A program made the translations under genes and the position numbers. Positions 27,913 to 33,334 of a stretch of 33,334 nt of DNA are shown here, one piece after another. The notes beneath the pieces are model-generated. The model saw only the letters and a program-made list of their open reading frames with translations. It ran no database searches and had not been told where the DNA came from. The stretch is from positions 62,001-95,334 of the forward strand of contig JAOQIN010000003.1 in assembly GCA_026134085.1 (NCBI GenBank), in the 5' to 3' direction. This DNA comes from Candidatus Methanoxibalbensis ujae (GTDB taxonomy: Archaea; Halobacteriota; Syntropharchaeia; Alkanophagales; Methanospirareceae). Numbering within the stretch: position 1 is the first letter of the stretch; every line of letters begins with the position of its first letter.

Positions 27913-29061
27913 CTATTTCAGTGCGTGTTTTAGTGCATTTAATGCCATATCAAGTTGAGATCTGCTTATGACGAGAGGAGGAACAAGTCTTATCACAGTG
28001 TTTGCTGTGCAGTTCAATATGACACCGTGCTCCAGAGCCCTCTTCACAACTTTGTCACAGCGCTCTTCAAGCTCTATTCCTATCATCAATCCTCTCCCTC
28101 GCACCTCTCTCACAGATTCACATGAAGCCAGCTCATCCCTCGCAACTCTCACAAAATATTCGCCGAGCTCCATAGAGCGTGAGACCAGATCATCATTCTC
28201 AATGACTCTCAGTGCAGCGAGTGCTGCCGCACATGCGAGCGGATTTCCGCCAAATGTGGATGCATGTTCTCCACGCCCGAATGAGATGCCATCGCGAGCC
28301 AACATCGCGCCTATCGGAAAACCACCGCCGAGCGCCTTTGCCACAGTCATGATGTCGGGTTGAACGCCCTCATGATCCTTGCAGAACCATTTTCCGGTGC
28401 GTCCCAATCCCGTCTGGATCTCATCAAGTATCATCAAAACATTTTTATCATCGCATATCTCGCGAACTCCTCTCAGATATCCATCAGGAGGAATCACAAT
28501 ACCTCCCTCTCCCTGAATTGGCTCAAGTATAACTGCTGCTGTCTCCTCATCTATTGCCTTTTCTATCGCATATGCATCTCCATAAGGCACAAAATTGACA
28601 TCTTTTATCAGCAATTGCTCAAACATGCTGCGATATGAATGCGTTATGCTCAATGCACCGAGCGTCCTGCCGTGAAAGCTTCCCTCTGCTGCGATGAATT
28701 TTCGCTTTCCAGTGACCTTGAATGCGAGTTTAAGCGCTGCTTCAACACTTTCCGCACCTGAATTGCAGAAGAAAACACTGCTCATTCCTGTCAGCTCAAC
28801 CAGCTTCTCCGCGAGATCAACCTGTGGAACGGTGTAATACAGGTTTGATGCGTGTATAAGGCGTTCAGCCTGTTCCTTTATCGCGTTCACCACAGCGGGA
28901 TTGCAGTGACCGACATTGTTCACAGCAATTCCGGCAACACAATCAACATATTCCCTGCCGTTTATATCTCTGACAACCGCTCCCTTTCCCTCAACAATCA
29001 CGATTCCAATCCTGTTGTATGTCTGCATTATGTGTTTTCGCTCTCTCTCAATCACATCCAT
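27913..29061 (-). CDS. argD: Acetylornithine aminotransferase (class III PLP)
   Basis: MQTY, FFCNSGAE, FHGRT, EPIQGEGG, DEIQTGLGRTG, AKALGGG, STFGGNP; RBS before ATG 29061. Confidence 0.92.
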   Translation of the reverse strand: MDVIERERKHIMQTYNRIGIVIVEGKGAVVRDINGREYVDCVAGIAVNNVGHCNPAVVNAIKEQAERLIHASNLYYTVPQVDLAEKLVELTGMSSVFFCNSGAESVEAALKLAFKVTGKRKFIAAEGSFHGRTLGALSITHSYRSMFEQLLIKDVNFVPYGDAYAIEKAIDEETAAVILEPIQGEGGIVIPPDGYLRGVREICDDKNVLMILDEIQTGLGRTGKWFCKDHEGVQPDIMTVAKALGGGFPIGAMLARDGISFGRGEHASTFGGNPLACAAALAALRVIENDDLVSRSMELGEYFVRVARDELASCESVREVRGRGLMIGIELEERCDKVVKRALEHGVILNCTANTVIRLVPPLVISRSQLDMALNALKHALK

Positions 29062-29112
29062 CGATTTCAACTCCCTCCCCGTATGCTCGTCAGACACTCC
29101 ACACCTCATCCC

Positions 29113-29487
29113 TCACTTTTCACGCTTTCCTTTCTGTCTGCTCTTCTTTTTCTCTTTTCGTGCTTTTTTCTTCGCCTTAATTTCACGCTGACTCTGTTTC
29201 TCCGCTCTTCCACTTTTTATCTCCGACGCAATTTTGCGCAGAAGATTGATTTTACTGGTTCTGGAAGGATCGGTGATGACCACCCTGCCAGAGCGCTCCC
29301 AATGCGACCGCGGATATGATTTGTGATGCTCAACATCAACACTAAGACCAAGTGACCGGGCAGCTTCAGCTATCTCGTCCACGCTCGGCGACTTCACCGC
29401 ATCCCTCTGAGAAATTTTTCTGCCATCACTCCTGCTCCTGTTCGCATCAATGTATGCCGGCCATATTATCATGGCGCTGTTTTCCAT
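29113..29487 (-). CDS. srp19: Signal recognition particle 19 kDa protein
   Basis: IIWPAYID, SRSDGRKI, KSYPR, GRV, K..LLRKIA; basic tail. Start 29487 or 29472. Confidence 0.93.
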   Translation of the reverse strand: MENSAMIIWPAYIDANRSRSDGRKISQRDAVKSPSVDEIAEAARSLGLSVDVEHHKSYPRSHWERSGRVVITDPSRTSKINLLRKIASEIKSGRAEKQSQREIKAKKKARKEKKKSRQKGKREK

Positions 29488-29520
29488 AATAAAAAATGGA
29501 AATATCATAAACTAATGCAT

Positions 29521-29625
29521 TCGCTCATTGCACATAGATACACGAGGCTCCTCGCCGGACGCTCCTCAAGCTTGAGATTCTCACAGGGTGTCATCCTGGC
29601 GTGGGCGACTGACTCCTCTGCTCCA
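29521..29625 (-). ncRNA. Candidate long C/D-box-like sRNA
   Basis: GC-rich island in AT-rich intergenic DNA. C-like boxes AGAGGA, UGAGGA, CGAGGA and D-like AUGA boxes flank two 12-13-nt guide-like tracts. Confidence 0.5.
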
Positions 29626-29685
29626 TTCACACCATGAGGAAACTCAATTGGAAAATGGAATTGGAGTTTGTGGTAGAATAGAGGT

Positions 29686-29760
29686 GATAAAAACGATAAA
29701 AGCAATAAAAGCAATAAAAACAAAAAATAAAAAATAAAAAACAAAAAATAAAAAATATCA
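29686..29760 (-). terminator. U-rich tract downstream of the large surface-protein gene
   Basis: Repeated AAAAATAAAAA/AATAAAAGC on the + strand, i.e. oligo-T on the coding strand right after the stop. Confidence 0.55.
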
Positions 29761-29771
29761 AAGGGCTGTTT

Positions 29772-32700
29772 TCAATTGAAACCCTCCGCGTACACTGCAT
29801 CAAGCCCCATCATTTTAGGACGGTGCCAGCTGCCGGGTTTTCGTATGCGTATGTATTGCACATTGTTTTCATCGCACATAAAATCATAGCGCTGCCATCT
29901 GAATGAATTGCATGTGACGCTGCCTATATTTGTCCATGTGACTCCATCTGAGGACACATCCACATACATCTTCGGACGGAATATCATCATCCTGCGCGCC
30001 CACACACTCACTTTATCACATTGTCGTATATTTTTGTCAAATTTTATAACTATTGTCGCATTTTCTAACATCAGTGCACCTGTTCCATCGGGTTCGCCGA
30101 GTGCTTCATGTGCAAATATCACATGTCTCCTGCGGATGACCTTGCTGCCATAGCTCTCAACATGCTCGGAGAGGACTGTCACGATCCTCTTTTCAGAGCG
30201 TACATAGTCTTTCCATGAGCCTTTGGCGGCATAAATCGTGTAATTGCCCACGGTGCTGAATGAGAATGTTGCGTTTCCGCTTGCATCAGTGAAGTATGTG
30301 CAGTTGTCTGCATAGACTGATGCGTTCTCAACCGGCTCAAACTGTGCTGAGGTGTCGTTGTATGCTGTCACCGTGACCGTTATGTTTTCGCCCACATGCG
30401 TGACTGTGCGGTCAATCGTGATGTTGAGCGGTTTTGTCGTCCATGAGCCGTAATACCAGAGGACACTGTCTCCGTCGGAGAGTGTGTATTCCGATGCACC
30501 GGCCCACGGCATGATGAAGTTCACACGATACATCCAACCGTCATAGCCGGATGCAGCTTCTCCAGCAACTTCATAGACATAAAGTCCCCATGGATATGCG
30601 GACACTTTGTAACCGAAGCCGGCTGTCTTGTTTGCCTCGTCAAGTGCGCCGAGCGCTGTGGGCTCGTTCAGGTAATAGATCCCATCATCGGTGATTATTG
30701 TTGAGTTGCTGAATGTCAAAGTTCCTGTCCATATCGTGTCATTCCTGCCCTCTATCCTCACACCCACAGTCACTGTTAGCTTCGGAAGCACCGTGACATC
30801 CTCAACAAGGGAGTTGTTTGTCTCGTTTATCTCCTCAACCTCATCGTGGACATCAACAGTCACATTCAGCGTGAAGTTCCCTTCTTCTGGCGGTGTCCAC
30901 AGGAGTTTGACTGTGCGGTTCTCACCTGCCGGCAGCGAATCCACGCGCACGACATCAACAATAGTGCCGTCAACGGCGAGTGATACATTTAAACCGGAGG
31001 CATCTGAAGCGCCGATGTTTGCAACTGTCGCTTTTATCTCGTTGGTCACTTCTGCACGCAGACGTTCAGGTGTCTTCACGGACTCGACAGTGAGATCAGC
31101 CTTCGGAACGCTGCGAAATGCGTAGACGGTGCCGTTTCCAATTGTCAAAACAAACGAATCATCGCCAGCCACTGCGACAGCGGGAGATGCTCCACCCTCC
31201 GAGGAATTCCAGAGGACATTGCCCGTGAATGCATCAAGCGCATAGATGCCCGCGTAATCAAACCACTCTCCCGGCTTTCCGACGAACACCTTTCCATCCG
31301 CAACAGCAACTGACTGTGTCCAGCCGCCTATGCCGAGCTCAACAGGTGTCTCCCATATCAGGTCTCCTGTGGTTGCGTTGAAGCAGTATGTCCTGATGTC
31401 GCTGTATCCCGTGCAGCCTCCTGCAACATACACATTTCCGTATGCCACCGATGGCGTTGAGTCCGTTCGCATGATAGTCTGATGCCATATGACATCGCCT
31501 GTTGATGCGTTCAGCGCATAAAGGTCGCCGTCGCCGTAGAAGTTGTATGTGGTGACGAACACAATCTTGCAACCTCCGACATCAGCAACCGCAGGAGAGC
31601 CGCAGGTGTCAAGCGGAGTGGTCTGATGCCATATCACCTCGCCGGTGCTCGCGTTCACGCAATAGATGTTTCCACCGGGATATATCCAGGTGGTCAGGTA
31701 GAACACCTTCAGCCCATCAACCTCCGCGTATGCAGGCGTCCCCTGTGCGTATGCGGTTCCCCATGAACCCGTGTTTGTCTCCTCAAATGTCCACAGCAGC
31801 TCACCGGTCTCTTCGTCCAGACAGTAATAATGGCGACCCTGCCAGTCATTCGTTATGACTTTTCCGTCCGCGATCACAGGACCTCCATTGCACGATGCCT
31901 CTTCCGTCGGATGGTGGAAGACCCATATGAGCTCGCCTGTTGATGCGTTGTAGCATCTCGTGTCCTTGCCAGTTGCGGTGAAAACCTTACCGTCATGATA
32001 TGCGGGCGATGACCACGAACCCCACTCAGCGGGCATAAGCGTCACATTCCAGAGCTCATCGCCCGTCTCAAGGTCAAAACAGTGAAGCTTCGTATCCTCC
32101 TCGCCACCGAATCCCGAAGGACCGCTGTATGCAAACACCTTCCCGTCTGCGACTGCGACAGATGTGCTCGCGATCGCTCCTATGTTCTGTGACCACGCAA
32201 TCTCAAACTCATCTCCCCCCATCTCAGCCGGTGAGAATCCGATGTGAGCCTCATCATAATGGAACTGCGCCCACTCATCCCGCTTTATTATGACTGAGGT
32301 TCTCGTGAGCATGTTGTTGGTCTCATCACTCTCTTCCACATCATCATTGACATCCGCATACGCACATATCACATACGCATCCGCCTCTGAAGGAGTCCAT
32401 GAGAACTCAACTTCAGCACTCTCCCCCGCACTCAGCGATGAGATCGTCCGCACACCCACAACATCGCCATCCGTCATGAACGAAACATCAAACTCAGAAG
32501 CATCCGCTGAACCCGTGTTCTTCACCTCCACCGCATACACGTTTTCCTCGTTCACATATCCCGCGGTCTTCAGCGCGATTTTCCTCACAGTAATGTCAGG
32601 CTTAGGCGTTTTCAGCACGATGTCGTGCGTGAATCCTCCACTCTCCATGTGGTCCTCTGTGACCTCACGCGCTGTCTCATTTGCATTTGATGTTGAGGAG

Positions 32701-33065
32701 TCGCTTCCATTTATCAGAAGTGTGTCGTTCGCCCTCACATGCTCTGAGTCCGTAACCGCAATGTATAATGAGGAATCCGCAGATGTCCTCACAGCAATAT
32801 CCTCAGATGTCCCGATATTTCTCACACTTACCGATGGATTCAACACGGGAGTGCCGTTCTCATAGGTGACATTGCCCATGATGACGAACGATGTGGGTGG
32901 CATCTCCACCACAGCAGCATTAATCGCCAGCTGCTCCACCTCCCTATCCGCAGCACGCGGCGGCAGATTTGGCATACCCCCCAATGCCGATACAATCGGA
33001 GCACACATCACCGCCACACACATCAATGCAGCAACAACTCCATGCACACCTCTTTTCACATGCAA
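29772..33065 (-). CDS. Secreted cell-surface protein: signal peptide, CARDB, PQQ-like beta-propeller, CARDB, DUF4430-like, Ig-like, basic C-terminal domain
   Basis: Hydrophobic signal; KPDITV...VEESDETNN and ADLTV...EINETNN (CARDB); WAQFHYD and repeated NASTGExxW (propeller); GWMYRVN...LSDGDSVLWYYG (DUF4430-like). Confidence 0.8.
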   Translation of the reverse strand: MHVKRGVHGVVAALMCVAVMCAPIVSALGGMPNLPPRAADREVEQLAINAAVVEMPPTSFVIMGNVTYENGTPVLNPSVSVRNIGTSEDIAVRTSADSSLYIAVTDSEHVRANDTLLINGSDSSTSNANETAREVTEDHMESGGFTHDIVLKTPKPDITVRKIALKTAGYVNEENVYAVEVKNTGSADASEFDVSFMTDGDVVGVRTISSLSAGESAEVEFSWTPSEADAYVICAYADVNDDVEESDETNNMLTRTSVIIKRDEWAQFHYDEAHIGFSPAEMGGDEFEIAWSQNIGAIASTSVAVADGKVFAYSGPSGFGGEEDTKLHCFDLETGDELWNVTLMPAEWGSWSSPAYHDGKVFTATGKDTRCYNASTGELIWVFHHPTEEASCNGGPVIADGKVITNDWQGRHYYCLDEETGELLWTFEETNTGSWGTAYAQGTPAYAEVDGLKVFYLTTWIYPGGNIYCVNASTGEVIWHQTTPLDTCGSPAVADVGGCKIVFVTTYNFYGDGDLYALNASTGDVIWHQTIMRTDSTPSVAYGNVYVAGGCTGYSDIRTYCFNATTGDLIWETPVELGIGGWTQSVAVADGKVFVGKPGEWFDYAGIYALDAFTGNVLWNSSEGGASPAVAVAGDDSFVLTIGNGTVYAFRSVPKADLTVESVKTPERLRAEVTNEIKATVANIGASDASGLNVSLAVDGTIVDVVRVDSLPAGENRTVKLLWTPPEEGNFTLNVTVDVHDEVEEINETNNSLVEDVTVLPKLTVTVGVRIEGRNDTIWTGTLTFSNSTIITDDGIYYLNEPTALGALDEANKTAGFGYKVSAYPWGLYVYEVAGEAASGYDGWMYRVNFIMPWAGASEYTLSDGDSVLWYYGSWTTKPLNITIDRTVTHVGENITVTVTAYNDTSAQFEPVENASVYADNCTYFTDASGNATFSFSTVGNYTIYAAKGSWKDYVRSEKRIVTVLSEHVESYGSKVIRRRHVIFAHEALGEPDGTGALMLENATIVIKFDKNIRQCDKVSVWARRMMIFRPKMYVDVSSDGVTWTNIGSVTCNSFRWQRYDFMCDENNVQYIRIRKPGSWHRPKMMGLDAVYAEGFN

Positions 33066-33161
33066 TCACCTCCTTTCTCACCCTTACACATGCCACACGC
33101 TACCATCTCACAAGCTGCTCAACATTTCAACATTTCAACATGCCATTCAATCCCGGACACG

Positions 33162-33197
33162 GAAAAAAAAGGAAAAGAAAAAAAAGAAAAGAAAGAA
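33162..33197 (-). terminator. Oligo-T tract after the upstream partial gene
   Basis: gaaaaaaaaggaaaagaaaaaaaagaaaagaaagaa on the + strand. Confidence 0.5.
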
Positions 33198-33214
33198 GGG
33201 GGTCTGTCCGATCA

Positions 33215-33334
33215 CTAACAGCTTTCCGTCAGTGTGAAAGGCGTTTTAGCAGCGACAAAGTAGCCCACGCCTCGCTCCATCGTGTTGAAATCGTTGAACA
33301 CCGATGGTGCACCCGGCACATACACCTCAAACTC
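33215..33334 (-). CDS. C-terminus of a probable cell-surface protein (partial)
   Basis: Not in the ORF track. Translation EFEVYVPGAPSVFNDFNTMERGVGYFVAAKTPFTLTESC* resembles the MxxGxGYF/W terminal motif of archaeal secreted proteins. Confidence 0.65.
   Translation of the reverse strand, partial: EFEVYVPGAPSVFNDFNTMERGVGYFVAAKTPFTLTESC

Noticed and set aside
1..33334. Selenocysteine/pyrrolysine read-through, inteins or split genes
   Set aside because: Recognised proteins appear full length at their first stop, and the insertions lack intein terminal motifs.

Overview
Archaeal chromosomal window, probably a thermophilic methanogen-related Halobacteriota lineage such as ANME-1/Methanophagales, Alkanophagales or Syntropharchaeia. 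The taxonomy is inferred from SepRS, an FwdF-like polyferredoxin, archaeal DnaG, AdkA, SRP19, Trm5 and MpgS/MpgP. It holds about 28 CDS, mostly housekeeping genes out of their usual operon context, and one tRNA-Gln(CTG). Unannotated structure: (1) a decayed, internally deleted IS5-family (IS903-like) element with terminal inverted repeats and a near-perfect target duplication, inserted in the tRNA-Gln promoter; (2) a candidate long C/D-box-like sRNA upstream of srp19 with two tracts that look antisense to the 16S rRNA 3' major domain; (3) short tandem duplications throughout, which create in-frame low-complexity insertions in many enzymes and build intergenic spacers from duplicated start/stop regions; (4) an orphan CheR and two kinase-less receiver proteins; (5) a roughly 960-bp unexplained convergent gap with ORB-like motifs and an AT-rich tract. 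No CRISPR array, rRNA gene, intact transposase or stop-codon recoding was seen. All family assignments come from motif recognition by eye; no searches were run.
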